A DNA stretch of 64,000 nucleotides from Malacoraja senta (taxonomy: Eukaryota). The first letter of the stretch is position 1. Each line of letters starts with the position of its first letter. A program made the position numbers and the translations under genes. The stretch lies in assembly GCA_038087875.1 (NCBI GenBank), contig CM075989.1, positions 3,596,001 through 3,660,000 on the forward strand, written 5' to 3'. The notes beneath the pieces were generated by a model. The model had not been told where the DNA came from, ran no database searches, and saw only the letters and a program-made list of their open reading frames with translations. Of this stretch, positions 1-12,965 are shown one piece after another.

Positions 1-83
1 CAGTCGCTGCTTTCTCGGCGACCTGCTACGACTGTGACTGTCGCAAGTAGTCGCCGAAAAAATCACCTAAGTGGGACAGGCCC
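1..83. mobile_element. Right end of Harbinger-type MITE (truncated by window edge)
   Basis: Ends in AGTGGGACAGGCCC followed by TTAA; same terminal core as the complete MITEs at 827, 3312, 14967 and 42902. Confidence 0.7.
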
Positions 84-181
84 TTAAGGGATTCAATGAT
101 TCAGTGATACTTTATGGTCACATGTACCTAGGTACAGTGAAATGCAATGCACAAAGTACGCAAACACTATCTGGCACCGAG

Positions 182-381
182 AAACTTATTTATATTCATA
201 AGCGTTTCTTGAGGGCCTCTGAGGGAGCGCTGTATGTATGTATTTATGTCTGTATTGTTAGATCTATGTACCACTGTATGTAGCATGTTAGTACCTGCAC
301 TAATGTAAAGCACTTTGGTCAACAAGAGTTGTTTTTAAATGTGCTATAGAAATAAAATGGAATTGACTTGACTTGACTTGA
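182..381 (+). mobile_element. L2 LINE 3' end fragment
   Basis: Similar to the 3' UTR at 9030-9197 (GTAAAGCACTTT...AAATGTGCTATA.AAATAAA), with (TTGAC)n tail. Confidence 0.7.
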
Positions 382-826
382 GAACGCAAATGTCTATAAC
401 ACAAGGTTGCTGAGGACCACAACTATCAGGATATAGTAGATCTATCTGATTTCGGGATAGTTAAGTCTGTGCTCCATTGAATATTCTGAGTAATGGTCTT
501 ATATTGGGAATGAATTTGTGGTCTCTCATTTATCCTGCACTTTACTAGTCTTGTCTGGCATAATGTTGAGCTGAATTTGAGATCAGCCATGATTGAATGG
601 CGGAGTAGATTTGATGGGCCGAATGGCCTAATTCTGATCGAAGAAGTTATGAACTTATTGTGAATTTACGACAGATTCATCAATGAGGTCGGCAGTAGCG
701 GGGATAGTGCTGATATTCAATGGTAAAAGTTCAGTAGTATTTTACTTGTCACATGTACCGAGATACAGTGAATATTTTTGCTTTGCATATACGGCACGGT
801 GGCGCAGCGGTAGAGTTGCTGCCTTA

Positions 827-1677
827 AGGGGCTGTCCCACTTGGGTGACCTAATTGGCGAGTTTAGAAGAGTTTAGGAGAGTTTGAAAAAAATGTCATGT
901 TATAATAATAATAATAATCATTTTATTTACTGGCGCCTTTCTAAAACCCAAGGACACCTTACAATGCATAGAATCACAAAAAAAATACAAAACACATAAT
1001 CGGAATAAATTAAATATAAAAACACCACAGTACACAAATCAAGGACAGAATTCAATTTCAAGAGCACCAAAAGAAAATAAGAAACACAATTTGAGGAGAG
1101 AGCAGCGGCGACCAATTCGCGCCAGCGTCCACTCTCCCCTCCGACCGCCATCTTGTACACGGACTGACAGGCACAGCACACAAAATCATCCCCCCACAAT
1201 GACCACCACTTGTTGAAGACGTCCTTCGACTATGTTCAAGACCAGCTTTGACTAGCTACGACTAACTTCGGGAAAATTGGACACCGAAGAGTGGAGAGTG
1301 AAGACGACCTCCTTCGATCTCCTTCGACCTCTCTTCGACTATGATGAAGACTATCTACGACTACCTTCGACTACCTTCGACTACCCTTGATTACCTACGA
1401 CAAACATGCCGACCTACTACGACCTACTATGACCTATTACGACTAAACCTACGAGTAAAAGAAGTATAATTTTTTTCCATGGCGACCTTTTTTTACTCAT
1501 GGGCATTTTTCAACGTTGAAAAATAAGCCGCAACCTAGCTGAGGCCTCGAGTACGCAGGGACCACTCTCAAGCATGAAGGAGAGTTACGAAGACCTCGTA
1601 CGACCTCGTGTCGACCATGCTGCGAGGGCAAACTCGCCAGAACTCGCGGATTAGGTCGCCCAAGTGGGACAGCCCCT
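827..1677. mobile_element. PIF/Harbinger-type MITE
   Basis: 28-bp TIR AGGGGCTGTCCCACTTGGG(T/C)GACCTAAT with 1 mismatch; TTA TSD (824-826, 1678-1680) restores SINE sequence GCCTTACAGC; internal CGACT-rich short repeats. Confidence 0.9.
902..1210 (-). mobile_element. Short retroposon with L2-type 3' tail nested in MITE
   Basis: Minus strand ends GTGTCCTTGGGTTTTAGAAAGGCGCCAGTAAATAAAATG(ATT)n, an L2-like tail; flanked by TGTT. Confidence 0.6.
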
Positions 1678-1821
1678 TTACAGCGCCAGACACCTGGATT
1701 CAATCCTGACTACAGGTGCTGTCTGTATGGAGTTTGTACATTCTCTCCGTGACGTGTGTGAGTTTTCTCAGGGAAGCTCTGGTTTCCTCCTACACTCCAA
1801 AGACGTACAGGTTTGTAGGTT

Positions 1822-2512
1822 TGTGCGACTTGGGTGGGGGAGGGATAGAAAGAGAGGGATCCCGACAGTCCTTTCAGGTTAGGCAGAGGTTCTCTTGCAC
1901 CTCCTTAAACCTCATCTACTGTACCCATAGTTCAAGATGTGGACTCTTATACATCGGCGAGACCAAACGTAGACTGGGCGATCATTTCGCTGAACACATT
2001 CGCTCAGCCCGCCTGAACTAACCTGATCTCCCGTTTGCTAAACATTTTAATTCTCCTTCCCATTCCCACTCAGACCTTTCTGTCCTTGGTCTCCTCCATT
2101 GTCAGAGTGAGGCTAAATGCAAATTGGAGGAACAGCATCTCATATTTCGCTTGGGCAGCTAACAGCCCAGTGGTGTGAAAATTGATTTCTCTAACTTCAA
2201 GCAACCCCGGCATTCCCTCTCTCTCTATCCCTCCCCCACCCAAGTCGCACCAGTGTCTCGTTTTCACCCAACAAACAGCTGTTTCCTTTATCATCGTTAT
2301 GTTTTTGCATATCTTTCATTCATTGTTCTTTATCTCTCCACATCATTGTGTATATCTCTCGTTTCCTTTATCCCTAACCAGTCTGAAGAAGGGTCTCGAC
2401 CTGAAACGTCACCCATTCCTTCTCTCCAGAGATGCTGCCTGTCATGCTAATTTACTCTAGCTTTTTATGTCTGTCTTCGGTTTTAATCAGAATCTGCAGT
2501 TCCTTCCTACAC
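1822..2512 (+). mobile_element. Penelope-like element 3' part (GIY-YIG fragment plus pLTR, with inverted 5' segment)
   Basis: ORF contains CTSLNLIYC...CGLLYIGETKRRLGDHFAEH (GIY-YIG); 1822-1860 is the reverse complement of about 2213-2250; CTGAAGA...GAAAC motif at 2383-2407. Confidence 0.85.
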
Positions 2513-2529
2513 AAGTTAGGGAGATGAAT

Positions 2530-2825
2530 TTAGTTTTGTTTAGTTTAGAGATACAGCGTGGAAACAGGCCCTTCGGCCCACTGGGTCGTGGGCAGATCCT
2601 ATCCTCAATTTAGGGGTAATTTATACTTATACCAAGGCAATTAACCTGCAAACCTGTACGTCTGTGGAGTGCGGAAGGAAACCGATCTTGGAGAAAACCC
2701 ATGCGGTCACGGGGAGAACTTACAAACTCCGTAGAGACAGCACCAGTAGTCGGGATCGAACCCGGGTCTCTGGCGCTGCAAGTGCTGTAAGGCAGCAACT
2801 CTACCGCTGTGCCACCGTGCCACCC
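2530..2825 (-). mobile_element. HE1-like V-SINE
   Basis: tRNA head, V-domain and (CTAAA)n tail on the minus strand. Confidence 0.85.
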
Positions 2826-3311
2826 CTTTTTTCTTTGCATTTAATGAACTTCCACGACCACACTTCATAGTGAACTACGGTGGCAAATTGTCCCAGGTGT
2901 GTCTAGGATAGTGTTAGTGTGTGGGGATCGGAGGTCGGTCGATGGGCTGAAGGGCCTGTTTCCGTTCTGTATCTCTAAACTAAACTTTTAAAAATGACAC
3001 ATGAAAATGATCAATTATGAGAGGGGGAATGTGGCAATGCAAGAACCTTCTTCTTTATCATGCCCACTCTGGTCCCCGTCCTTACACTCCCCCCTCCGCG
3101 CACTATTCCCCCTCCCCCCACCCCCACACTCTCACTCCCCCTCCTCCCCGCTCTCATACCAGACTCAGGGAAGCAGGGTTGCATTTTGTCCCGTACCTCT
3201 GTTCATTCTGTGATTCTAACCTGCTTGTATCAGTCAGGTGAGAAAATAAGGTGGCAAATAGCTTGCGGAGTTAGCTGACATTTAATGTCTCTTTAGCTCC
3301 ACTCAACCTAA

Positions 3312-3568
3312 AGGGCCTGTCCCACTGTACGAGGTAATTCAAGGGTTCTCCCGAATTTACCCCAGATTCGAACTCGGAGAATATCCGTAGCGGGTCTGTA
3401 GGAGTTCGTGGATGTCTCGTAGTGGCTCGTACGAGTAAAAAGTAACCATTTTTTTCATCATGAGTATTTTTTTACTCGTGGACATTTTTCACAGTGTTGA
3501 AAAAACATCACGAGTTTACCGGATTTCCCGAGAACTCTTGAATTACCTCGTACAGTGGGACAGGCCCT
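3312..3568. mobile_element. PIF/Harbinger-type MITE
   Basis: About 39-bp TIR AGGGCCTGTCCCACTGTACGAGGTAATTCAAG.GTTCTC; flanks TAA/TTA. Confidence 0.85.
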
Positions 3569-3822
3569 TTACTCTTTAAACCTTGTACCACCCTGATTCG
3601 GCTGTGTAAAAGAGTTTTTTTCTGCTCCAGAGAAAGTTAAACCTTCCATACAGAGATGACTGTGATGAACTAAGCCCGTCAGTGGGCCATGAAGGTTGGA
3701 GAGCGTGTGAGGCAACATTATTTAGAGCAAGGAGCAGCGTTTGTTCAGTGCTTCTTCCTATACCTAATATTATCACTAAGACAAACACATATGAAGAACA
3801 GTTTACCATGACCGAAGAAAAA

Positions 3823-4112
3823 TATAGATTATAGGTTTCAGGTGAAGGGGAAAAGATTGAATAGGAATCTGAGGGGTAGCTTTTTCACAGAAAGGGTGGT
3901 GGGTGTATGGAATGAGCTGCCAGAGAAGGTAGTTGAGGCAGGGATCATCCCAACGTTTAAGAAACAGTTAGGTACATGGATAGGACAGGTTTGGAGAGAT
4001 ATGGACCAAATGCGGGAAGGTGGGACTAGTGTGGCTGGGACATTGTTGGCCGGTGTGGGCAAGATGGGCCGAAGGGCCTGTTTCCACACTGTATCACTCT
4101 ATGACTATGTCT
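3823..4112 (+). mobile_element. CR1 LINE 3' fragment
   Basis: Encodes FFTERVVGVWNELPEKVVEAG (CR1 ORF2 C-terminus); GGGCCGAAGGGCCTGTTTC 3' UTR. Confidence 0.85.
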
Positions 4113-4643
4113 CTATAAAAATATAAGTTAGCCTTAAATATTTGGCTCTAATGCATTCAGTGTGTAAGGAGAAACAACATTTTGAAGCCAAGCCAGATAA
4201 AAAAATCAGAAAAATACAGACCAAATTAGCCTTGTCTTCTCTACCTGGTATCCATTTTGAAGTCAGGAGCCATTTTGTTTGATGGTGCAGTCTTGTAAGC
4301 ATAGATTCTGTGCCACATTAAAGGTAGTTCAATATTTAAAAATTCCCAACCAGAAACCAAGTAATTGTATCAAATTGAATCAATATTCCTTCAGTCAATA
4401 ATAAATATTATTTTAAATAATGCATTCATAGCAAATAAATCAAAGCAAAGCAAGTTCTGTCTCCTCTATGTGACTGTATTTCTTGTGTTTTACTGTTAGT
4501 CACATATGTTTCTTTCATTAAACGTAGCTTGGTTTCTCTCTTTGTCTTCTGTGAATATCCAACACTCTTTGATTGTCTCTGCAACGCCATTTTAAGGCTT
4601 TAGGTTCTTCTCTCATTCTCTCCCCTGCTTTTCTTTTAAACAT

Positions 4644-5045
4644 AGACTGTAGAACAATATAGCACAGAACAGGTCCTTTGGCCCACGATGTCTGAGCTAA
4701 ACATGATGCCAAGCTAAACTAATCTAATCTGCCTGCATGTGATCCATATCCCTCCATTCCCTGCATATCCATGTGCCTATCTAATCGCCTCTTAAATATC
4801 ATAAATACGCATCTGCCTCCACCACCACCCCTGACAAAGTGTTCCAGACTCTCCGCGCCCACTTTGTTAATATCTCGCCCTGAAATTCTCCTTTGTCCAT
4901 TTCGCCTTAAAGCGAAGCCCTCTATTCTTTGACATTTTCACAGTGGGAAAACCGTTCTGACAGTCGACCCTATCTGTGCCTCCCATCATTTTTATATACT
5001 TCTGTCAGCCCTCCCCTCATCCTCCGACACTCGAGAGAAAACAGT
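4644..5045 (-). mobile_element. Degenerate CR1 LINE 3' fragment
   Basis: Similar to the CR1 ORF2 end and 3' UTR of other copies in the window. Confidence 0.7.
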
Positions 5046-5584
5046 GCACTGTCTTGTTAGGCACTTGCGTTAAATTAGTTATGACGTTTAATCAAGTGGC
5101 GAAAATATCTTCGTACAAGTGTTCTGCATAGTGTTGAAGGAGACTGTGTGGATAATGGAGAAATGAGTGATTCACAGTGTTGCTCCCTTCTCCTTTCATG
5201 CTTGAGTTGGATTTAGAGAGTTAGATTTAGCTCTTCGGGCTAACAGAATCAAGGGATATGGGGAAAAAGCAGGAACGGGGTACTGATTTTGGATGATCAG
5301 CCATGATCATATTGAATGGCTCGAAGGGCCAAATAGCCTACTCCTGCACCTATTTTCTATGTTTCTGTGTTCACCCAATGCTGAAGATGACTGTGAAACA
5401 TGAAGTGAATTTGGGGAAATCTGAAGGTGTTCATTTGCAGACGAATACTTTCAAAGCTGAGGTCCACTGGAAGAAAATGAGGTGCAGGAATTTGGATTTT
5501 ATTTTTCTTCCTAACCCAAAGCTGAAACCAGTGAGATCAGACAGCTCAGTATAAGTCTTTCAAAAGAAAATACTAATGGAATCT

Positions 5585-6113
5585 CCCAGTTGCCAAACAC
5601 TTTAACTCCCACTTCCCCTCCCATTCCCACACTGACCTTTCTGTCCTGAAATATGAGGTGCTGTTCCCCCAATTTACATGTGGTCGAACTCTGACAGTGG
5701 AGGAGGCCACACGCCCTCATATTTTGCTTGGGCAGCTTACAGCCCAATGGTATATTGATTTCTCTAACTTCAAGTAACCCTTGCATCCCTTCTCTCTGTC
5801 CCTCCCACACCCTAGTCGTCGTACTAGTTTCACTGTCATCCTGCTAAGTTTCCCTGTTTGTATCATTTGTTATGACTTTCTCCACAGCCAACATTGGACC
5901 ATTGTGGGCTCCACCTTCCCTTCATCATCGTTGCTGCCTTTGATCTGTCCTTTTGCATATCTTTCATTCATTTGTTCTGTGCACCTTTTCATATCTCTCT
6001 GCTCCCTCTCACCTGATTCTCAGCCTAAAGGTTCTCGACCTGAAACGTCATCTATTCCTTCTCTCCAGAGATGCTGCCTGACCCACTGAGTTACTCCAGC
6101 ATTTTGTGTCTAC
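5585..6113 (+). mobile_element. Penelope-like element fragment with internal inversion
   Basis: Homologous to 2030-2470; segment 5649-5709 is inverted. Confidence 0.75.
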
Positions 6114-6160
6114 AATCATGGGAACTCAGCTCTCTGTCACTGTCCAGGCTCAGTCCCATT

Positions 6161-6511
6161 GAAATATAGAAGATTGTTAAGGGCTTGGACACGCTAGAGG
6201 CAGGAAACATGTTCCCGATGTTGGGCGAGTCCAGAACCAGGGGCCACAGTTTAAGAATAAGGAGTAAGCCATTTAGAACGGAGACGAGGAAACACGTTTT
6301 CTCACAGAGAGTGGTGAGTCTGTGGAATTCTCTGCCTCAGAGGGCGGTGGAGGCAGGTTCTCTGGATGCTTTCAAGTGAGAGCTAGATAGGGCTCTTAAA
6401 AATAGCAGAGTCAGGGGATGTGGGGTGAAGGCAGGAACGGGGTACTGATTGGGGATGATCAGCCATGATCACATTGAACTCCTGCACCTATTGTCTATTG
6501 TCTATTGTCTA
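6161..6511 (+). mobile_element. CR1 LINE 3' fragment
   Basis: MFPMLGESRTRGHSLRI...RVVSLWNSLPQRAVEA; (CTATTGT)n tail. Confidence 0.9.
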
Positions 6512-7430
6512 TTTAAGGACTGACCTGCTTGCTTTTAACAAATGTCGTGGAAAGCTCATTATTCTAAAGATTGAGTATGTGCTGGAGCTGATACTGATGA
6601 AACGATCGTGCTGCAAATGTTCTGCGTGCTGGGGAGTTTGGTGGCTGCTGCAGAACCCGAGGTTGTTGACACATTTCAACGATTGACTGGAAGAATCTTC
6701 GAGTAATTAACCTTTGGCCACAGCAGGAGCACATTAAACTGAGACTCCTCGAGGCTGCAGGAAGTGAGTTTTACTAATTGGCAACGAGATGCAACAGCCT
6801 GCACTAAAGTGATTCCAACAAAGGGAAGGAGTTTGCACCATCCTTTGTTAGATGTCATGGGTGCAGAATCTGCTTCAATTAACAGAACAACACGGGCAGC
6901 TGAAGTAGTTGTGTTGAAAATCAATCTTTTGAATAACATACACTCTGGTATTAAAAAAATCTCATTTCTCTTTTTAGTTTAGTTTCGTTTAGTTTAGAGA
7001 TACAGCGCAGAAACAGGCCCTTTGGCCCACCGAGTCCGCACCGACCAGCGATCCCCGCACACTAACACTATCCTACACATACGAGGGACAAGTTACAGTA
7101 CATGGGTTTTAGTTCACCATTCAAAAACAATAGTTCATTATGGAAGTAACTGATTCGTATGCTATAGTGGACAATGTTATGTCCACATTGTTAAATGTAA
7201 TGTAACCTCCCCATATAATGTCTTGTCCGGCCAGCGATCACCCCGTACACTAGCACTATCCTACACACTCGCAGCAATTTACAATTTTTACTGAAGCCAA
7301 TTAACCTACAAACCAGTATGTCTTTGGAGTGTAGGAGGAAACTGGAGTACCTGGAGAAAACCCGTGTGGTCACGGGGAGAACGTACAAACTCTGGACAGA
7401 CAGCACCCGTAGTCAGGATCGAACCAAGAT

Positions 7431-7756
7431 CTCACCCTGGCCACAAACTCTTTGAATCACTTCCCTCTGGAAGGCGACTCCGGACTGTCAAAGCTGCCAC
7501 AGCCAGACTTAAAAACAGCTTTTTTCCACGAGTAGTAGCTCTACTCAATAACCAAATATCTGTAGCCTCCTTTTGCTCTGGTATTTTATTTAATTCACAT
7601 GTTTAATCACTAATGTTATATTATTAATGTTTAATGTTTTGTGTGTCATTCCTAACTGTCACTGTATGTCATGTTGTTACTTGCGGGCGGAGCACCAAGG
7701 CAAATTCCTTGTATGTGAATACTTGGCCAATAAACGTATTCATTCATTCATTCATT
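7431..7756 (+). mobile_element. Rex1/Babar-type LINE 3' end inserted in a minus-strand SINE (about 7230-7780)
   Basis: HPGHKLFESLPSGRRLRTVKAATARLKNSFFP C-terminal motif; (ATTC)n tail. Confidence 0.75.
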
Positions 7757-7835
7757 GTAAGGCAGCAACTCTATCACCGCATCACAATCCCACCCTCTAT
7801 CCGAATAAGACTTTACCCATCTATTTAATTTCAAC

Positions 7836-8048
7836 GGTAGACAAAAAGGCTGGAGAAACTCAGCGGGTGAGGCAGCATCTATAGAGCGAAGGAAATAGGC
7901 AACGTTTCGGGCCGAAACCCTTCTTCAGACGTTTCAGCCTGAAAAGTTTGCCTATTTCCTTCGCTCCACAGATGCTGCCTCACCCGCTGAGTTTCTCCAG
8001 CATTTTTGTCTACCTTTGATTTTCCAGCATCTGCAGTTCCTTCTTAAA
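7836..8048. mobile_element. Mini Penelope-like fold-back insertion
   Basis: Inverted pLTR arms; 14-bp TSD TATTTAATTTCAAC (7822-7835, 8049-8062). Confidence 0.85.
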
Positions 8049-8593
8049 TATTTAATTTCAACCACAGCCATGAACTTCTACCCACTTGCTGCTGCTCCCT
8101 AATCTACTGATCTATACTGCCATGTATAAAATTCACAGTTCCACAAGCACCAATTCATCTTCATGACTGCAACGTCTTATTCTGGCCAATTGACATCTTC
8201 AGACCATTCTCCCCACAGCAACAGAATAGATACATGTTTCTGTCCATAGCCATTTATTTCAATTTTTTTTGCAACCAGTTCAAGCTCATTTTTTTTCAAA
8301 GTGTCTTAGCCTGTTTTAGTCAGGGATCCCATTCACTTTCCACGAGAAAATACATTTTCAAAAGCCACCCAGGGTAGAGGAATTAAGAACTAGAGGGCAT
8401 TGGTTTAAGGTGAGAGGGGAATGATTTAATCCAAACCTGAGGGGCAACTTTTTAAAGCAGAAGGTGGTAGGTAGGAACGAGTGCCTAAGGATGTAGTTGA
8501 GGCAGGTACTATAATAACATTTGAATAACATTTAGACAGGTACATGAATAGGTCACTTTGGCATATTGGTTGTAGTCCTCGAAAAGATTATCC

Positions 8594-9197
8594 ACACATT
8601 TATCTCCTCCCGCCTAGATTACTGCAACTCCCTTTAAACTGGCATCAGCCAATCTTCCCTGTCCCACCTGCAACTGGTCCAAAACGCCGCAGCGAGACTC
8701 CCGACGGGCACCCGAAAAAGGGACCACATCACCCCGATCCTGGCCTCTCTCCACTGGCTCCCTGTGCGGTTCCGAATAAATTTCAAGATCCTCCTCCATG
8801 TCTACAAAGCCCTCAATGGGCTTGCTCCCACCTACATTAAAAGTCTTCTCACCCACCACTCCACCTCCAGGTCCCTCAGTTCGGCCGACTTGGGGTTGCT
8901 GAATATCCCGCGGTCTAGGCATAAGCTCAGGGGCGACCGCGCCTTTGCGGTTGCAGCTCCTAGACTGTGGAACAGCATCCCTCTTCCCATCAGAACTGCC
9001 CCCTCCATCGACTCCTTTAAGTCGAGACTAAAAACCCATCTGTACTCCCAAGCCTTTCTTGACGTCCTCTGAGCGAGGGCTATATGTATGTAGTTTGTTT
9101 GTCATACTATTCTTATACAAATGTAAAGCACTTTTGCCAACGAGAGTTGTTTTTTAAATGTGCTATATAAATAAATGTGACTTGACTTGACTTGACT
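8594..9197 (+). mobile_element. L2 LINE 3' portion
   Basis: LDYCNS...LQLVQNAAAR...DHITPILASLHWLPVRFRINFKIL...GDRAFAVAAPRLWNSIP; (TTGAC)n tail. Confidence 0.92.
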
Positions 9198-9609
9198 AGT
9201 TCTGGTTGCCCCATAACTGGAAGGATGTGGAGGTTTGGGTATGGGTGCTAAAGTAGTTTATCAGAATGTGGCCAGGATTACATAGATACATAGACAATAG
9301 GTGCAGGAATAGGCCATTCAGCTCTTTGAAGCAGCACCGCCATTCTATGTGATCATGGCTGATCATCCACAATCGGTACCCCGTTCCTGCCTTCTCTCCA
9401 TAACCCTTGATTCCATTAGCCCTAAGAGCTCTATTTAACTCTCTTTTGAATGCATCTAGTGAATTCTCCTCCACTGCCTTCTGAGGCAGAGGATTCCACA
9501 AATTCACAACTCTGAAATAGTTTTTCCTCGTCTCAGTTCTAAATGGCCTACCCCTTATTCTTAAACTGTAGCCCCTGGTTCTGGACTCCCCCAACATCGG
9601 GAACATGTT

Positions 9610-10002
9610 GGTAGACAAAAATGCTGGAGAAACTCAGCGGGTGAGGCAGCACCTATGGACCTTTCTGTCCTGGGCCTCCTCCATGGCTAGAGTGAGGACC
9701 ACCATAAATTGGAGGAGCAGCACCTCATATTTCGCTTGGGCAGTTTGCACCCTAGCGGTATGAACATTGACTTCTCTAATTTCAGGTAGTCCTTACTTTC
9801 TCCTCCCCTCTCAGCTCTCCCTCAGCCCTCTGGCTCCACCTCTTCCTTTCTTCCTACTGCCCCACCCTCACATCAGTCTGAAGAAGGGTTTTGACCCAAA
9901 ACGTTGCCTATTTCCTTCGCTCCATTGATGCTGCCTCACCCGCTGAGTTTCTCTAGCATTTTTGTCAACGTTCGATTTTTCAGCATCTGCAGTTCCTTCT
10001 TA
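9610..10002 (+). mobile_element. Penelope-like insertion with inverted 5' pLTR piece
   Basis: 17-bp TSD AACATCGGGAACATGTT (9593-9609, 10003-10019); about 9610-9658 is inverted relative to 9921-9970. Confidence 0.88.
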
Positions 10003-10377
10003 AACATCGGGAACATGTTTCCTGCATCTAGCGTGTCCAATCTCTTAATAATTTCATATGTTTTTATAAGATATCCTCTCATCCTTCTAAATTCCAGTGT
10101 ATACAAGCCCAGTCGTTCCATTCTTTCGACATATAACAGTCCTGCCATCCCGGGAATTAGCCTTGTGAACCTATGCTGCACTCCCTCAATAGCAAGAATC
10201 TCCACAAATTAGGAGACCAAAACTGCACACAATACTCCAGGTGTGGTCTCACCAGGGCCCTGTACAACTACAGAAGGACCACTGCTCCTATACTCAACTA
10301 CTCTCATTATGAAGGCCAACATGCCATTAGCTTTCTTCACTGCCTGCTGTACCTGTATGCTTATTTTCAGTGACTGA

Positions 10378-10628
10378 AACACTTTTTCTCACAGAGAGTT
10401 GTGAGCCTATGGAATTCTCTGCCTCAGAGGGTGGTGGAGGCCGGTTCTCTGGATACTTTCAAGAGAGAGCTAGATAGGGCTCTTAAAGATAGCGGAGCCA
10501 GGGGATATGGGGAGAAGGCAGGAACAGGGTGCTGATTGGGGATGATCAGCCATGATCACATTGAATGGCGGTGCTGGCTCGAAGGGCCGAATGGCCTACT
10601 CCTGCACCTATTGTCTATTGTCTATTGA
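10378..10628 (+). mobile_element. CR1 3' fragment nested antisense in CR1
   Basis: CR1 3' UTR with (CTATTGT)n tail interrupting host sequence AGTGACTGA|TGTACAAGG. Confidence 0.85.
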
Positions 10629-10979
10629 TGTACAAGGACACTCTGATCTCGTTGTATTTTCTCTTTTCCTAACCTGACACCATTCAGATAACAATCTGCC
10701 TTCCTGTTCTTGCCACCAAAGTGGATAACCTCACATTTATCCACATTAAACTGCATCTGCCTTGCATCTGCCCACTCACCCAACCTGTCCAAGTCACCCT
10801 GCATCCTCATAGCATCCTCCTCACAGTTCACACTGCCACCCAGCTTTGTGTCATCTGCAAATTTGATAATGTTACTTTTAATTCCTTCTTCTAAATCATT
10901 AATGTATTTTGTAAATAGCTGCGGTCCCAGCACCGAGCCTTGCGGCACCCCACTAGTCACTGCCTGCCATTCTGAATAA

Positions 10980-11425
10980 TGGGGTATTAGCTAAAGGGAG
11001 AGGTTGGATAGACTTGGATTATTTTCTCTGGAATGCCGGAGGTTGAGGGGTGACCTGATAGAATTATGTGAAATCATGAGAGGTAGTTAGAACCTCTCTC
11101 CCAGGATGGAGAAATCTAATACTAGAGGGTATACAGTCGTTTTAAGAGGAGAGGGGCAAAGTTGAAAGGAGATGTATGGGGCAACTTCTTTACACTCTCT
11201 GGAATGCAATGCCAGGGTTGGTGGTGGAGAAAGAGACAATAATGGCGTTTAAGAGACTCATGGACAGACATAGACTGTAGATATGCGCGCAAGGCAGGGG
11301 TCTGAATTATGTGCAGGTAAATACGAGTACCTGCTCATAATCTTGGTCTTGGTATCATGTTCGGCACAGGTATTGTGGGCTGAAGGGCCCTATCTTGTGC
11401 TGTACTGTTCTATTTTCTCTATTCT
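10980..11425 (+). mobile_element. Degenerate CR1 3' fragment
   Basis: Diverged ORF2 C-terminus and GGGCTGAAGGGCC...TGTGCTGTACTGTTCTAT tail; appears to continue the fragment at about 9198-9281. Confidence 0.65.
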
Positions 11426-11703
11426 ATCCCATCGGGCTCTATGGCCATGGAATTAAGTATGAAGTGCAGTAGAGTGACTTAATGCACAGCAAGTTTGGTT
11501 TAGTTTATTGTCACATGTATCAAGGTACAGTGAAAAGCTTTTGTTGCATGCTAACCAGTCAGCGGAAAGACAATACGTGATTACAATCGAGCCATCCACA
11601 GTGTACAGATACATGATAAAGGGAATAACGTGAATAATCTTTAGTGCAAGATAAAGTTAGTAAAGTCCGAGGGTATCCAATGAGGTAGATAGTTGCTCTC
11701 CAA

Positions 11704-12026
11704 TTTAGTTCAGTTTAGTTTAGTATAGAGACATAACCTGCAGAAACAGGCCCTTCAGCCCATCGAGTCCTCACCGACCAGCAATCCCCACTCATTAACA
11801 CTACCCTACACACATTAGGGACCATTTCACTTTTATACCAAGCCAATTAACCTACAAACCTGTACATCTTTGGAGCGTGGGAGGAATCCGAATATCTCGG
11901 AGAAAACCCACGCGGTCACGGGGAGAATGTACAAACTCTGTACATACAAGCACCCGTAGTCAGGATCGAACCCGGGTCTCTGGCGCAGTAAGGCAGTAAC
12001 TCTACCGCTGCGCCGCTGTGCCACCC
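11704..12026 (-). mobile_element. HE1-like V-SINE (full length)
   Basis: tRNA head, V-domain, CR1-type tail and (CTAAA)n. Confidence 0.88.
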
Positions 12027-12499
12027 CAAGTTGTGGTAGGATCCCACTGATAATCTCCAGCCTGCTTACAAATGTTTCCTCGTTTTAGCCAGGCTGTTGC
12101 AACAGCGTCTGAAGGAGCTAGGCCGCTCTCCTGATTCCATTTCCACCCCCGTGCCTGGCCAGCTGCTCCCTGCCTCTGGGTGCCTTCATTATCGGTGCAA
12201 TCAGTGGTTTTCTGGCACAACCTCGCCACACAGGAAAAGGTGAGATCGACCCTGACAGCAATTAGTATCTCCACTAACGCGAGCCAACCAGCGTTCCTGG
12301 ACAAACGCCCGTGCTGGGAAGGGAAGGGAAGCATGGCGGCAAGAGTACCAGAGATCCCTGCTGCACCGCCTGTTATCTCAGAAGGAAAAGCTTATGCCTG
12401 AAGCGAAAAGAAAATCTATTTCATCAGACGCAAGCCTCTGTGTGCTCATGACGATCACAGAATATTCTCTGCTAATTGCTTTTGTTGATTTAGTTAACA

Positions 12500-12965
12500 T
12501 CATACGTAGAACAGTGCAGCACATGAACAGGCCCTGTGGCCCACAATGTCTGTGACGTACATGATGCCACGACCAACACCTGCACATAACCCATTCCCTG
12601 CATATCCATGTGCTCATCCAAAAGCCGCTTAAATGCCACTGTCGCATCCGCCTCCACCACCACCCCTGGCAAAGTGTCACTCCGTGTGTGAAAAACTTGC
12701 CCTGCACATCTGTTTTAAACTTTGCCTCTCTCACCTTAAAGATGTACCCTCTAGTCGTTGACATTTCCACGCTGGGAAAGAGGATCTGACTGTCTCCCCT
12801 ATCAATGCCTCTCGTAATTTTATAAACTTCTATCAGGTCTTCCCTCAAGTTGGCACTGCTGAGAAAACAGTCCAACCTCTCCTTCTAGGTAATACCCTCT
12901 AATTCAGGCAGCATTGTGGTGAGCCTCTTCTGCACCCTCTCCAAAACGACCAGAACTACACACAA
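12500..12965 (-). mobile_element. Degenerate CR1 3' fragment
   Basis: LREDLIEVYKITRGIDRGDSQILFP...TRG CR1 motif. Confidence 0.8.

Larger units (their letters stand above)
793..1821 (+). mobile_element. HE1-like tRNA-derived V-SINE, split by MITE
   Basis: GGCACGGTGGCGCAGCGGTAGAGTTGCTGCCTTA...(MITE)...CAGCGCCAGA; B-box-like segment; V-domain CTCTGGTTTCCTCCTACACTCCAAAGAC. Confidence 0.85.
9282..10977 (-). mobile_element. 5'-truncated CR1 LINE (RT to 3' UTR), interrupted by Penelope and CR1 insertions
   Basis: SGVPQGSVLGPQLF...KFADDTKL RT motifs at 10622-10960; C-terminus at 9282-9609. Confidence 0.92.

Noticed and set aside
6515..6960. Unique non-repetitive stretch, possible enhancer or exon
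   Set aside because: No convincing splice pair, ORF homology or structure is visible; needs conservation data.
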